64,000 nt of DNA, from positions 195,300,001-195,364,000 of the forward strand of contig NC_042997.1 of assembly GCF_006345805.1 (NCBI RefSeq), given 5' to 3'. The stretch is from Octopus sinensis. Lineage: Eukaryota. The first letter of the stretch is position 1; the number at the start of each line of letters is the position of its first letter. This document shows, one piece after another, positions 13,595 through 27,150 of the stretch. The translations under genes and the position numbers were made by a program. Under the pieces are notes generated by a model. It ran no database searches and was not told where the DNA came from. It worked only from the letters and a program-made list of their open reading frames with translations.

Positions 13595-14859
13595 TATATA
13601 TGTGTGTGTGTGTGTCTGTGTTTGTCCCCCAACATCACTTGACAACCAATGCTGATGTGCTTGCATCCCTGTAACTTAGCGGTTTGGCAAAAGTGACCGA
13701 TAGAACAAGTACTAGGCTTACAAAGAATAAGTCCTGGGGTCGATTTCCTCGACTAAAGGCAGTGCTCCAGCATGGCCGCAGTCAAATGACTGAAACAAGT
13801 AAATGAGATAAAAGTGCCACAGTCCTTTGGGTCAGAAACTGTTTGTCTCTCATGTTCATAGTCGTGGCCGTTGCCACTGTCATGTAAATAGCACCTGTGC
13901 CGGTGGCACATAAAAAGCACCCATTATATTCATGGAGGGGTTGGCGTTAGGAAGGGCATCCAGCTATAGAAACCATGCCAAAACCAGACTGGAACTTGGT
14001 GCAGCTCTCCGCCTTGCCAGTTCTAGTCAAACTGTCTAACCCATGCCAGCATGGAAAGTGAACATCAAATGATGATGATATTCAATCTTGGAATATCAAC
14101 AGACTTTTTCCAATCAGATAGTTACTGCTATCATGTTCCAGTCAAGCAAATGAAAGCATGGTTGAATGGTTAAGTAATTCAATTCACAGTCTTGAGGCCC
14201 TGGATTCAATCTTGGGTAGGTATCTTTTACGGTCTCAGGGGATCAGATCATTCAGAGTTATGCATATGAAATTGGGTAGACAAAAAATGTAAGCAAGACC
14301 ATTGGATAGATTGTGTCTATAATTCAAATGTCTAGCCAGCCTTGTCACATACACATGTATTGATAATCTGTTGATTAATTAACAAGTTATGGCTCTTCTG
14401 TCTTGCTTGATGACTTGAGAGTCAAATAATATATTACACAATCTAACTAAATGTATTGTATTATGCTAAGGCAGCAAGCTGGCAGAAAAGTTAGCACGCC
14501 GGGTGAAATGCCAAGCGGTATTCCGTCTGCCACTACATTCTGAGTTCAAATTCTGCCGAGGTCGACTTTGTCTTTCATCCTTTCGGGGTCAATTAAATAA
14601 GTACCAGTTACACACTGGGGTCGATGTAATCAACTTAATCCATTTGTCTGTCCTTGTTTGTCCTCTCCGTGTTTAGCCCCTTGTGGGTAGTAAAGAAATA
14701 TGTAATGTATTATGCTTACATCAAAATCAAAACTTTTAATGAAACAATTGTATCAATACTAGATAATATGTCTGTTTTATTACATACATATATATATTAT
14801 ATATATGAAAACCTGTTGAGGCAAGTGAAATTGAAATCGAATTAAATTCGATGACTGGT

Positions 14860-15230
14860 ACTCGTGCCAGTGGAGTTCTAAGAGTACCATCCGTCGTTGC
14901 CAGAGCAGTTGACTGGCTTCTGTGCCGGTGGCACATCAAAAAACATTTGAGCGAGGTTGTTGCCAGTGCCATTGGACTGCCCCCTTGCAGGTGGCATGTA
15001 AAAAACACCATTTGAGCATGGCCATTGCCGCCTGACTGGCCCTTGTGTCAGTGGCACGTAAAAAGCACCCGCTACACTGTCGGAGTGGTTGGCGTTAGGA
15101 AGGGCATCCAGCTATAGAAACTCTACAAGATCAGATTGGAGCCTGGTGCAGCCTTCTGGCTCGCCAGTCCTCAATCAAACCGTCCAACCCATGCTAGCAT
15201 GGAAAGTGGTCGTTAAACAATGATGATTAT
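14860..15230 (+). mobile_element. SINE-like repeat with reiterated ggcacgtaaaaagcacc modules and RTE-like tail ending in (gat)n
   Basis: ggttggcgttaggaagggcatccagctatagaaac...ccatgctagcatggaaag...tgatgat; related copies at 13880, 17920, 18655 (-), 26460, 29810, 30880. Confidence 0.8.
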
Positions 15231-16299
15231 ATATATATATTCTTTTCTACTCTAAGCATAAGGTCCAAAATTATTTTTGGTGGGGTGGAGGCAGTTGATT
15301 AGATCAACTTGTACTTAATTTATTGACCCCATAATGATGAAAGGCAAAGTCGACCTCGGTGGCATTTGAACTCAGAATGTAAAGACAGACGAAATACTCC
15401 TAAGCATTTCATCTGGCATGCTAATGTTTCTACCAGCTTGCTGCCTTTATATACTTTTATTCTTTTACTTGTTTTAGTCATTTGACTGTGGCCATGCTGG
15501 AGCACCACCTTTAGTTGAGCAAATCCACCCCAGGACTTATTCTTTGTAAGCCTAGTACTTATTCTATCGGACCCTTTTGCCGAACCATTAAGTTATAGGG
15601 ATGTAAACACACCAGCATCAGTTGTCAAGCGATGTTGGGGTACAAACATAGGCACACAAACATATACACACACATACACATATATATATATATCAGATCA
15701 GATTGGAGCCTGGTGCAGCCTCCTAACTTGACAGTCCTCAGTCAAACCGTCCAACCCGACTGTGACACCAACACAGGCTTTGGCATGATTTTTACAGTTG
15801 GATGCCTTTCCAAATGACAACCACTTCAGTGTGGACTAGATGCTTTTTTAATGTAGCACCAGCACCAGCAGAGTCATCAAGTGACTTGCAAGACTAAGAG
15901 TTTTGAGAGGGGAGGGAACATTGGAGGAGGTGATCTTGTGTCAGATGAGGAAAGGTCAGAGTGTGATAGAGAGGCAGAAACAGGTGTCCTGCTATAGAGG
16001 AGGTACATGATTACCTGCCCAGAGAGAGAGGGAGAGGGGGATGGTAGAGAAAGGAAGAGAGAAATAAATGGTGTCAGTTGCCAGGGCATGCCCTCAAGGT
16101 AAGGAGGTCACAATACATGTGGCCAGATATTGCCAAGAAGGTGCGAGTGGGGTGGGGATTGCAGTGACTGGTGAGAACCTGGGTACACACACACTGCAGT
16201 CTGGGCTTGATCTGTTCAACTAAATCTTGCGAGGCAATGTCCCAGCAAATTACATACCTATATGTTTACATATATATATAATCATCAAGGGTGATCTTC

Positions 16300-17247
16300 A
16301 ACCAGGAATTGAAAGTATTTATTGAACTAACGACAGAATCTCAACAGGTTCCATCATTGGGCTTCAATATGCTGACAACAACAGCATTGCAGCATTATTT
16401 GAAGAAAATCTGCAACAGACCCTCAATGCCTTCCATCAAGACTATGGAAAACTGGGACTCAGCCATCAATTGCGAAAGACACAAGTCATCTTCCAACCAT
16501 CACCAGTCAAGATAAACAGCGCACACCCAGCCACTGAAAGTTGTACAGTCTTAGACAGCATGAATCATTTTCCATATTTGGGAAGTTGTCTCTTCCAATG
16601 CAGTATCCAGCATCATCTCGAAAGCGCTGTTGCTGCCTTTGGCCATCTCTGAACAAGAATGTCCCAGGATTAAGACATTCAAACTGTTACAAAAATGATG
16701 GTATACAAGGTAGTGGTCATCCCACACTGCTGTACAGTAATTTCTCACCATATTGTGGATCACCTATTGCGGTTTATTATTTAAGCTTACATCGATTCCT
16801 TCATGGTGTTGCTTTGTATTTATAATAAAATAAATATATACAAATTATAAAAATAAAAAAAAAATTGCTGTGTGGTAAGTAGCTTGTTTACCAACCACAT
16901 GGTTTTGGGTTCAGTCCCACTGCGTGGCACCTTGGGCAAGTGTCTTCTACTACAGCCTCGGGCCGACCAAAGCCTTGTGAGTGGATTTGGTAGATGGAAA
17001 CTGAAAGAAGCCCATTGTATATATATATATATATATCAACAATTGAGGGTAAAATTAATTAATCAATTTCACCAAGTGTTCAGTATGTAAAAGGACCATT
17101 TAAGGCCGAATTTAAGGCTGTCTGGAGTAAACATTATCTGAGAGAAATTTTCTTTAAGTAGTAGAAACGGCTAAAAAAATTTTTTTTGGCTGCTATTTCT
17201 ACTAAGTTCAGTATGTGGCAAAGTAATTTATTTTACTAAGCCCTAAT

Positions 17248-17279
<32 letters not shown>

Positions 17280-18260
17280 GTACTTGTGAGTATATGTTTG
17301 TGTGTATGTCTTCGTCCCCCCCCCAACATCGCTTGACAACCGATGCTGGTGTGTGTTTATGTCCCTGTAACTTAGTGGTTTGGCAAAAGAGACAAATATA
17401 ATAAGTACTAGGCTTACAAAGAATAAGTCCTGGGGTTGATTTGCTTGACTAAAGGTGGTGCTCCAGCATGGCCACAGTCAAACGACTGAAACAAGTAAAA
17501 GAGTGTAGTACTGTCTTTACTTTGTGAATTTTCACCTATCTCGGTGGGTTTTGGAACATAACACCCACAATAGTGGAAGGATTACTACATATGCATTTGA
17601 GACCTGGACTAGGTACAGGAGGCACATAAAAGTTACTGAAAGGTACCACCAATGCTGCCTTTGAAGTATTCTGAATATCAACTGGAAAGAAAGAACAAAC
17701 ATCAGTGTGTTGGAAGAAGACATTGTAACCTCCATTGAAACTATCATCATCCAGAAAGAGCTGAGATGGACTGGTCAAGCTGTCTGGGTGAAAAAAATAA
17801 CCATTTACCAAAGCAGCTTCTCTCCTCCCAACATAAATAAGAATATCAATGAGGTAAAGAGCAAAAGAAAAAAATTCCAAAACGACTGCGTCACCTTACT
17901 AGCACTTGTGCTGGTGAGATGTGAAACATTTGAGCAAGGTCATTGCCAGTGCCTCTGGACTGGCTCCTGTGCAGGTGGCACATAAAAAGCACCATTTGGG
18001 CATGGCTGTTGCCAGTATCACCAAACTGGCCCTTGTGCCGGTGGCACGTAAAAGCACCCACTACACTCAGTCAAATCGTCCAACCCATGCTAGCATTGAG
18101 AACTTGGAGAGAAATGCTTAGGAACAAGAACACTGAAGATCCATCATTAAAGAGGGACTAACGACTTTTCAGACCAATAGGCCTACCAAGGAAGAAGAAA
18201 AAGAGGAAGCACAGAAAAGATAGAGGAAGAAGGGAGCTTCTGTTGAGAACCAACTGTCCC
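16300..18260 (+). mobile_element. Fragmented RTE/BovB-like LINE interrupted by SINEs
   Basis: GLQYADN...HFPYLGS...TKMMVYKVVVIPTLLY (16360-16740), FETWTRYRRHIK...LRWTG (17600-17780), RSIIKEGLTTF (18140-18175); stops and frameshifts. Confidence 0.85.
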
Positions 18261-19164
18261 ACTTGAGGAAGAAACCTCCAAACAAAGAACTGAACTCATC
18301 AGTAGCTATATAAAAAAGAAAGCAAAAAATATTAATAGTTATCGCCAAGCTAACATGGCAGTCCAGATAAATAGGACGAATGCTGCCATTGATTAGCTCC
18401 AAGAGGCCATCGCCTCTAGCTAGCTGTGTGACACACAAACCTGTGTCCATTATAACATTTGAACAGGGGAGGTCAGCAGCTTCTCCTTGGAAAAAATAAA
18501 AACTCCAAAAAACAAAGACCACCACCCTCAATCTTGAGGGATAGCCATGACAGTAATATACATATCTATGCATATATTACACACCCATATATTTATGTAT
18601 GTGTTTGGCCATGTGCATTGAAGTTTTAGACTAGGTATGCTGTATTGTTGTCATCATCATCATCGTTTAACGTCTGTTTTCCATGCTAGCATGGGTTGGA
18701 CGGCTCGACCGGGGTCTGGGAAGCCAGGAGGCTGCACCAAGCTCCAGTCTGATCTGGCAGTGTTTCTACAGCTGGATGCCCTTCCTAATGCCAACCACTC
18801 CGTGAGTGTAGTGGGTGCTTTTTACATGCCACCGGCACAGGGGCAAGGGGAGGTTGGCAATGGCCACGATCGGTTGGTGCTTTTTACGTGCCACCAGCAT
18901 GGATGCCAGTCAAGGCGGCGCTTTTTACGTGCCATCGGCATGGGTATCACATGCATATATTAGACACACATACATTTATGTATGTGTTTGATTATGTGCA
19001 TTGAAGTTTTAGACTAGGTATGCTGCATTGTTGTGTATTGTCAAAAGCAGTGAAGAGGATTAACAGCAGTTAAATACAATTCTGAAACATCTTGTTGAAC
19101 ACATACCAGCATGGAAAAGCTGTGTGTGCATGTTTGTCCCCAACCACCACTTGACAACTGGTGT

Positions 19165-19505
19165 TAGCGTGTTTATAGCAAAAGACGTCTGCGTTGGCTG
19201 GGTCATGCCCTCTGTTGTCAACCAGGAGAATTCATCTACAATGCAATTGCCTCAGCTCCCCTTCAGGGTTGGTGAAAGCGATGTGGTGGACAATGAAAAA
19301 CCTTGCTGATGACAGTCAAGACTGATCTGGAACCCAACCTAGGCCCCCATATCAATGGCGTTCGCTGCTGGAATAAGGAGTGGTTAGAGACATGCAGTTG
19401 TTAGCCTCAAATCGCCAGGTCTGGTCAGCGTTTGTGAGAGATGCAGCATTGAGGATGAATGAAGCTAGCTCAACCCACCCTGGGTGAACGCTGTCTCAAG
19501 ACAAG
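19165..19505 (+). mobile_element. RTE-clade LINE 3' fragment
   Basis: RLRWLGHAL, TVKTDLEP...GVRCWNKEWL, SNRQVWSAFVRDA. Confidence 0.75.
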
Positions 19506-19640
19506 AAGAAGACAGCAAAAGAGACTGATAGAATAAGTACAAGAGAACAAGGCTTAAAAAAAAAAGTATTGAGTTTGATTCATTCAGCTAAAAACTCCTC
19601 AAAGTGATGCACCAAGATGTGAGGTGTATTTGAGGATACT

Positions 19641-20091
19641 TACTGGTATATTGTTGTATTTAGGAATGGTCATTTTGCCAGTTTAGCCAATAAAAACACA
19701 CACACTATATATTTGGTGTTACTTTTCTTCAGCGTTAATAAACTGAAGCTGTTGAGTCGTCACAGTTTTCCGTAGGCAACTAAATACAGCGTCCTTCAGC
19801 TTCTTGCTAGCCTGGCTATGGCTCACGTTGTTACGTTTATATATTTGTTTTGCAAGATTTTTGATGTGAAATCGTGTGTTGAAACAGATATTGTTATATT
19901 TAGTTGCCTACGGAAAACCGTGATGACTCGACAGCTTCAGTTTATTAACGCTGAAGCAAAGTAACACCAAATATATAGTTCGTGTTTTTATTGGCTAAAC
20001 TGGCAAAATGACCATTCCTAAATACAACAATATCTGTTTCAACACATGATTTCACATCAAAAATCTTGCAAAACAAATATACTGGTATATT
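19641..20091. mobile_element. Insertion with interleaved inverted repeats (A-x-B-A'-B') inside a 12-bp direct repeat
   Basis: A 19648-19786 vs A' 19897-20033; B 19840-19895 vs B' 20026-20081; tactggtatatt at 19641 and 20080. Confidence 0.8.
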
Positions 20092-21347
20092 ACTCTCTTC
20101 AAACTGTTTAAAAGCATTGTATTTCTTTCAGATTCACCATGAGAGATACAATGCTAATACATATAATGAAAAGGATTGCATGCAGTTATTGTTGCTATAT
20201 GTGCAGAACATAGAGATTTAGAAATTACCAACTTTCTAAATGTTATAAGATCTTTTGTAGACAGAGTTTGAATGAAATTGGAAGGCTCCGTGGGAATGTT
20301 TCTACTGTATCAACGAGAAAAAAATAAAACAATCTAAACATCTGGACACTATAAGGACACTGCAATTCATCTGATGAGTTCAAAACATTATTGATGATAA
20401 AAAGTCCTGAAAAGTCAATGAGAGCCATCACCAAAGAACTTTAGGTGACGGAGTGGACTGTCAGATCTGTAGTGCAGGAGGACATTCGATACAAGTCATT
20501 TGTTTTGTATGACATGTGGACTCTGTATACTAATCTATCTGTTTCTTTATTACCCAGAAGGAGCTAAACATAGAGGGGACAAACAAACGGATTAAGTCGA
20601 TTACATTGACCCCAGTGCGTAACTGATACTTAATTTATCAACCCTGAAAGGATGAAAGGCAAAGTCGACTTCGGTGGAATTTGAACTCAGAACGTAACGG
20701 CAGACGAAATACCGCTAGGCATTTCGCCCGGCGTGCTAACGATTCTGCCAGCTCACAGCCTTTGGAGTTACAAAGATTGTCCACACATATCAGAGACAGG
20801 AGTTGAATGTGGAAGTGATCTACTGTCCCTATATCTTTAAATCTCTAGGTTATGTATCACATGATTTTGGTAAACTTTTTGACTTGTGTGCATGTGTGTG
20901 TGCGTGGGTGGGTGTGACAAGACCACCTCAAAACTAGACGCAATTGTAGACACATTTTTACTCTTTTAGTATGTTCTAAACATGTTCTGAGGAGGGTGCT
21001 TGAGTTTGAGGTAAATGGACTGAGAAAGCGAGGTAGACCAAGGAAAACGTGGACGGGACTATTGATGATAAATAGTCCTGTAAAGTCAATGAGAGCCATC
21101 ACCAAAGAACTTTAGGTGACGGAGTAGACTGTCAGATCTGTAGTGCAGGAGGGCATTCGATACAAGTCATTTGTATGGAGAAGAGACTAATTCATGCCTG
21201 CAAAGACACTGGAAAACTGATGATCTGTACAAAGAAGATAAGGTTAAAAACCTTCACAAACATAGAATGCTTTGATTTTCCTATAATGAAAAAAAAAACT
21301 GCAACCAAGACCAAAAGGTTAATAGGTGAAATGACAGATGGTTATAT

Positions 21348-21848
21348 GCATATTCATCAGGTTGGTGGCGAGCTGGCAGAGACGTTAGCATGCCGGGCGA
21401 AATGTGTAGCTGTGTTTCGTCTGCCATTACGTTCTGGGTTCAAATTCCGCCGAGGTCGACTTTGCCTTTCATCCTTTCGGGGTTGATAAATTAAGTACCA
21501 GTTACGCACTGGGGTCGATGTAATCGACTTAATCCATTTGTCTGTCTTTGTTTAGCCCCTTGTGGGTAGTAAAGAAATATATATGCATATTCATATGCAT
21601 ATTCATCAGGTTGGTGGCGAGCTGGCAGAGACGTTAGCATGCCGGGCGAAATGTGTAGCTGTGTTTCGTCTGCCATTACGTTCTGGGTTCAAATTCCGCC
21701 GAGGTCGACTTTGCCTTTCATCCTTTCGGGGTTGATAAATTAAGTACCAGTTACGCACTGGGGTCGATGTAATCGACTTAATCCATTTGTCTGTCTTTGT
21801 TTAGCCCCTTGTGGGTAGTAAAGAAATATATACGCATATTCATCAGGT
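21348..21848 (+). mobile_element. Head-to-tail pair of apparently identical Meta-domain SINEs with the 15-bp TSD present three times
   Basis: gcatattcatcaggt at 21348, 21597 and 21834; copies offset by 249 bp. Confidence 0.92.
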
Positions 21849-22080
21849 ATCTCCATAATGGTGCAAACTAAGTTTCCAGCGACTGCGATGGTTTTAGGAG
21901 TGATGAGTAATGGTCATATGATGCCACCCCGGATCTTTCTGCAGGATCTTAGAATTAATGCTGCTGGATACATTGCAGTGCCGGCAACTGTTTGTTAATC
22001 CCTGAATGGATGAAGTTTGCAGTAGAAGGCCATACATATTTCAACAAAACTCAATACCTTCTCACAAAGCTTATGTAACT

Positions 22081-22357
22081 GAAGTTGCCTGGCTCATAAG
22101 GGCCGGTTTCCCAGTTTCCTTGGCGTATATGTTACCCACCTGGATGGGACGCCGGTGAGCTGCAAGACGCAGGCAGGAGGAAAGCGTGAGAAAGTTCTGG
22201 CGAAAGAGTCAGTAGAAGTTCGCCATTACCTTCTGCCGGAGCCGCGTGGGGCTTAGGTGTTTCGCTCATAAACACACACATCACCCGGTCTGAGATTCGA
22301 ACCCGCGATCCCTTGACCGTGAGTCTGCTGCTATAACCATTCGGCCATGTGCCTCCA
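22081..22357 (-). mobile_element. tRNA-derived SINE (third family) inserted in the mariner
   Basis: Minus strand: ggcacatggccgaatggtt A box, gggttcgaatct B box; homologous to 45907 and 52020-52128. Confidence 0.75.
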
Positions 22358-22506
22358 CAATCAAAGAATGGATGCTAGGAAAATCTTTAACACCAAAATT
22401 ATGGCCTCCAAACTCACCTGGTTTAAATCTCATGGACTACTGTGTTTAGAACATCATTGAAAGAGAGACTAATTGGCATCCTCATAGTACCAAAGCTTCA
22501 TTAAAG

Positions 22507-22744
22507 GTGGTGAGCTGGCAGAAACGTTAGCATGCCGGGTGAAATGCATAGCTGTATTTTGTCTGCCGTTACGTTCTGAGTTCAAATTCCACCAGGGTCG
22601 ACTTTGCCTTTCATCCTTTCAGGGTTGATAAATTAAGTACCAGTTACGTACTGGGGTCGATATAATCAACTTATTCCGTTTGTCTGTCCTTGTTTGTCCC
22701 CTCTATGTTTAGCCCCTTGTGGGCAATAAAGAAATAAATATCAT
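22507..22744 (+). mobile_element. Meta-domain tRNA SINE with 13-bp TSD; representative of ~25 copies
   Basis: A box tggcagaaacg, B box gagttcaaattcc, central gcctttcatcctttcagggttgataaattaagtaccag (Meta-domain-like); TSD agcttcattaaag at 22494 and 22745. Confidence 0.9.
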
Positions 22745-25073
22745 AGCTTCATTAAAGATTGCCACAGTCCAGGTGAAGTCTGAAATGAATAAGGACCATT
22801 TAGTGCAGGCATGTCAATGATTCCAGTCCTACACTGAAGCAGTCATCAAAGCTGAAGGTGAATTCATAGAATATTCTTCTCAGAAAAGCTTATTGAGAAA
22901 ATGTTTACAAATTTTCTATGAATTTGACCTCAGGTGACCTTTTTACAGAATAAATTTGCTAATCATTTCCACGAACTTGTAGATCTTGACCAGGCAATCA
23001 TTTTAAGTGGTCATTTGAAATATTTTGGTGAAGAGTTGCAAAGTTGGAGCTGTTTGAATTTCCCATGCCCTTAATTTTCTGCCTCTAGCTGTAAAAGTGG
23101 GCGTGGTCAAAAAGTCCTTGGTAGGTGTCTTCCATCCTAGTTTTTTTTTGCTGGTAACATCAATTTTCTGACTTGTTAGACCCAGGGCTACATGAAAATA
23201 TCCATTAAAGTAAATCACAAGGGAGGGGGGATGCACCATGACTGCCACTAGCCCAGACATTTGGTTTGCTACATCAAAGTTGTTTTATTAAATAGAGAGT
23301 GGCTGTGTGGTAAGCAGCTTGCTTACCAACCACATCATTCCCGGTTCAGTCCCACTATGTGGCACCCTGGGCAAGTGTCTTTTACTATAGCTTCAGGCTG
23401 ACCATAACCTTGTGGGTAGATTTGGTAGACAGAAACTGAAAGAAGCCTGTCGTATACATACATATGTATGTCTGACCCCACAACATCATTTGACAACCGA
23501 TGCTGGTGTGTTTACGTCCCTGTAACTTAACGGTTCAGCAAAATAGACCAACAGAATAAGTACTAGGCTTACAAAGTCCTGGGGTCGAGCTGGCAGAATC
23601 ATTAGCACACCGGGCGAAATGCTTAGTGGTATTTCATCTGCCATTACGTCCAGGGTTCAAATTCTGCCGAGGTCGACTCTGCCTTTCATCCTTTCGGGAT
23701 CGATAAATTAAGTACCAGTTATGCACTGGGGTTGATGTAATCGACTTTATCCCTTTGTCTGTCCTTGCTTGTCCTCTTTATATTTAGCCCCTTGTGGGCA
23801 AGAAAGAAATATGAATAAGTCCTGGGGTCGATTTGCTTGACTTAAGGCAGTGCTCCAGCATGGCCACAGTAAAAAATGACTGAAACAAATAAAAGAATAA
23901 ACGAATCGAATATGTCCTCTCCTCAAATATCTCTTGCACCATCTGTGTGTTTGTGCATGCATGTGCTTTTGTGTATCCGTGCTATTGTTTACATTCTATA
24001 CTTCACACGGAAAAAAAGAAAGCACTTAGTGACAAAGGTGAAGCCTGCTGTCATTCTGTGTCAACAAATTGTTATCTCAGCATTTTTGAAGACATGTAAA
24101 ATAAAAATAATCCCTTTATAATTCCTGATATAAATCCAGAAGTACATTTTCCAGACAGTAGACATTTCTTGTGACATATAATTTAAAAAATAATCTACGT
24201 GGATTTGGTAGATGGAAACTGAACGAAGCCCATCGTATATATGTATATAAGCGTGTGTGTGTGTGTGTGTATATGTTTGTGTGTCTGTATTTGTCCCCCC
24301 ACCATCGCTTGACAACCGATGCTGGTGTGTTTACGTCCCCGTAACTTAGTGGTTCGGCAAAATAGACCAATAGAATAAGTACTAGGCTTACAAAGAATAA
24401 GTCCTGGGGTCGATTTGCTCGACTAAAGGCGGTGCTCCAGCATGGCCGCAGTTAAATGACTGAAGCAAGTAAAATAGTGAAAAAGAGTTATCTTTGTTTA
24501 CTTGTTTCAGTCATTTGATTGTGGCCATGCTGGGGCATTGCCTTGAAGAGTTTTAGTTGAGTAAATTGACCCCAGGACTTATTTTCCTTTTAAAGTCAGG
24601 AACTTATTCCATTGACCTCTTTTGATGAACTGCTAAGTTATGGGGACATAAACACCACTGGTTGTCAAGTGGTGGTGACAAACAGACGCACACTCATGTA
24701 TACGCATGATGTGCTTACACACAGTTTCCATCTGCCAAATTCATTCACAAGGTATTGGTTGACCTGGAGCTATTGTACTAGGTACCACACAGTGGGACTG
24801 AACTGAAAACCACATGGTTGCAGAGCAAGCTTCTAAACAACACAGCTATGTTTGTGCCCAACATGATCAACAAACCTACTATTTCTCTTTGAAGCCTACC
24901 AACAAAACCAGAACATATATTAAATAAAAACTGCTAAATTTCCTTTAAGAATCCTTTAAGACTTGAAGAAAACCTGGAGCAGAATAATAACAGAGCTGGG
25001 ACATTGACATGGAATGATTACCAAACAAATATTGAGTATTTAATCCTTTAACATTTGCAGCCCAAATATCCTA

Positions 25074-25639
25074 TTGGGTCATCCGGAAAGTTCATGCTGA
25101 TTTATAGTAGCTTACCTTTGGACTTATTTTAGAACATGGTTGAGTCCATAAAATAGGATTTGACTACACCTCCATTTAAAGCACAGTTTAAGCTATCTTT
25201 TTGTGAAAGAAGATTTATGTTCCTATAACCTGTGTTAATTCTGTAACCCTTTAAAATGGAAGATAAAAAAGTTCATTTTCAGCACTTGATGCTTTGGGAA
25301 CCAGACAAAAATTGCTGCAGCTCGGCTGGGATGTGCTACTCCACCCTTCATATTCACCAGATATTGCTCCTTCAGATTTCCACTTATTCAGGTCTCTGCT
25401 GAATAGTCTTAATGGTAAAAATCTCAATTCCTTGGATGACGTAAAAAGATACCTTGATGAATTCTTTGCCATGAAACCACCTCAATTCTGGTAAGAGGGT
25501 ATTTTCAAGTTAAAGGAAAGATGGAGACACATTGTGCAACAAAATAGTTCATATTTGGTTGATTAAAAATGTAATGGCAAGTATTTATTGACCTTTTTCT
25601 TTCCTTTAAAAATCAGCACAAACTTTCCGGACAACCCAA
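25074..25639 (+). mobile_element. Internally deleted mariner with both TIRs, TA TSD and transposase C-terminus
   Basis: TIRs ttgggtcatccggaaagttcatgctgattt / aaatcagcacaaactttccggacaacccaa flanked by TA; LGWDVLLHPSYSPDIAPSDFHLFRSL. Confidence 0.95.
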
Positions 25640-26644
25640 TACATATATATGATTAAACTGCTCAGATCCAGCCTCTCACACCTGCCCTATAATGTCAGTC
25701 TAAAAATACACAATCAAATCATTGGAATCTTGAAGCTAGAAGATAATGCAGGATTAATTGAAAACAATGTGACTAAATAAGCCTTACATTTAACAGAGTA
25801 ATCCGAATGCTAAAGAGTTAAAGAATGTCTCAAACTAGCTTCTTACCGGTAACACAGAGTTTATACTGCCTGGGACAACCCTTCACTTTGATGATCCTCT
25901 TGAGCCCCAAATCCTATAGATGCTCATATAACAGACTCAAAAGTGTTAGCCACATAAAAACATTGCCAGGGACAGACCATTCAATTTGGCTCTCCCTCTA
26001 GCCATGCTATTGCTAAGTAAATAAAAAATTCATTGGAAGATATGTAAAAATTACCTCCATAACAAAAGCAGACAGCTAAAATGTCAGTTTATGATTTTTC
26101 TTTTACTGCCTTTCAAACACGACTTAGATATCTTCTCACCCACTCTCTCGGTAAGGTGATTGAAAAATATTAAAGACTAAGTTATAAATAAAATATGACA
26201 GTTTATTGTTGTTAAATTCTGGTACAATAGACTATCTTTATTGTCAGACATTGGCCTAATATCATCCAATGTGTTTACCCTTTCCTTAAAGGAATTGATC
26301 TGAGTAAAACTATTATTTCTAGCAGTCTTGTGAGCTAGTAAAGGCTCCCTTGTTGACTTGCTACTGAAAATTCTTAAGTATATTAACTGATTAAAAGTTT
26401 CTTGTGGATCAGATGGGCACTTTATTGACACTGAAAAGATAAACGACTAAGTTGATCTTGGCATAAAAAGCACCCACTACACTCACGGAGTGGTTGGCGT
26501 TAGGAAGGGCATCCAGCTGTAGAAACACTGCCAGATCAGACTGGAGCCTGGTGCAGCCTCTGGGCTTCCCAGACCCTCGTTGAACCGTCTGACCCATGCT
26601 AGCATGGAAAATGGACATTAAACTATGATGATGATGATATATTA

Positions 26645-26900
26645 AATCCAAATAAGACAAAGAGACTAGCACATCTTTAATGACTGGTTGCAATTGTTTC
26701 TGCATCACTGTCTTTAATACCATTGCATGCAAAAGTTCAATGTGAGAAGAGTCCACCTTTTAATGCCTGCCTGAAGAAGTGCCACTTGAGTGTTTAAAAC
26801 TACAAATATTATGTAACTTCTCACATTTTGGGTGCAGTGGTGTTAAAAACAGAATGGTACAGAAACAATTGTAACTGGTCATTGAAGATTTGCTAAACTC
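26645..26900 (-). mobile_element. Possible decayed hAT (Charlie-like) transposase fragment
   Basis: VALLQAGIKKVDSSHIELLHAMVLKT..LQPVIKDV loosely resembles the VAL..THC.IHREALASKT..L..VL.DV segment; weak similarity. Confidence 0.3.
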
Positions 26901-27101
26901 TTACTCTCTCTCTCTCTCTCCTTTGGATTATATTTTACTCTTTGCTAGGCCTACACACTGGCTTTAGTGATGGGACACCTAGATTTTCTACACAAGAAGA
27001 ATTTTGAGCTTATTCAAGACAATAATTTAAGAGTGTAGAAAACCTCAAGCTTGGGTTGAGTGCTGCACAGAAAATATCCCATATTTTTACCCTTCAAGGA
27101 T

Positions 27102-27150
<49 letters not shown>

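Larger units (their letters stand above)
20130..22870 (+). mobile_element. Decayed Tc1/mariner transposon hosting several nested insertions
   Basis: LHAVIVAICAEHRDLEITNFL; SMRAITKEL..VRSVVQEDIRYKS; QTKFPATAMVLGVMSN; WPPNSPGLNLMDY; NKDHLVQAC..EAVIKAEG. Confidence 0.9.

Noticed and set aside
19305-19335. CUGAUGA plus hairpin as a hammerhead
   Set aside because: No GAAA or cleavage triplet follows; it lies within RTE coding sequence.
23089-23120. 32-nt + strand exon candidate
   Set aside because: Canonical AG/GT only; expected by chance in 64 kb.
25847-25913. 67-nt minus-strand coding exon (DLGLKRIIKVKGCPRQYKLCVT)
   Set aside because: Good donor but weak acceptor, no recognisable homology and no partner exons.
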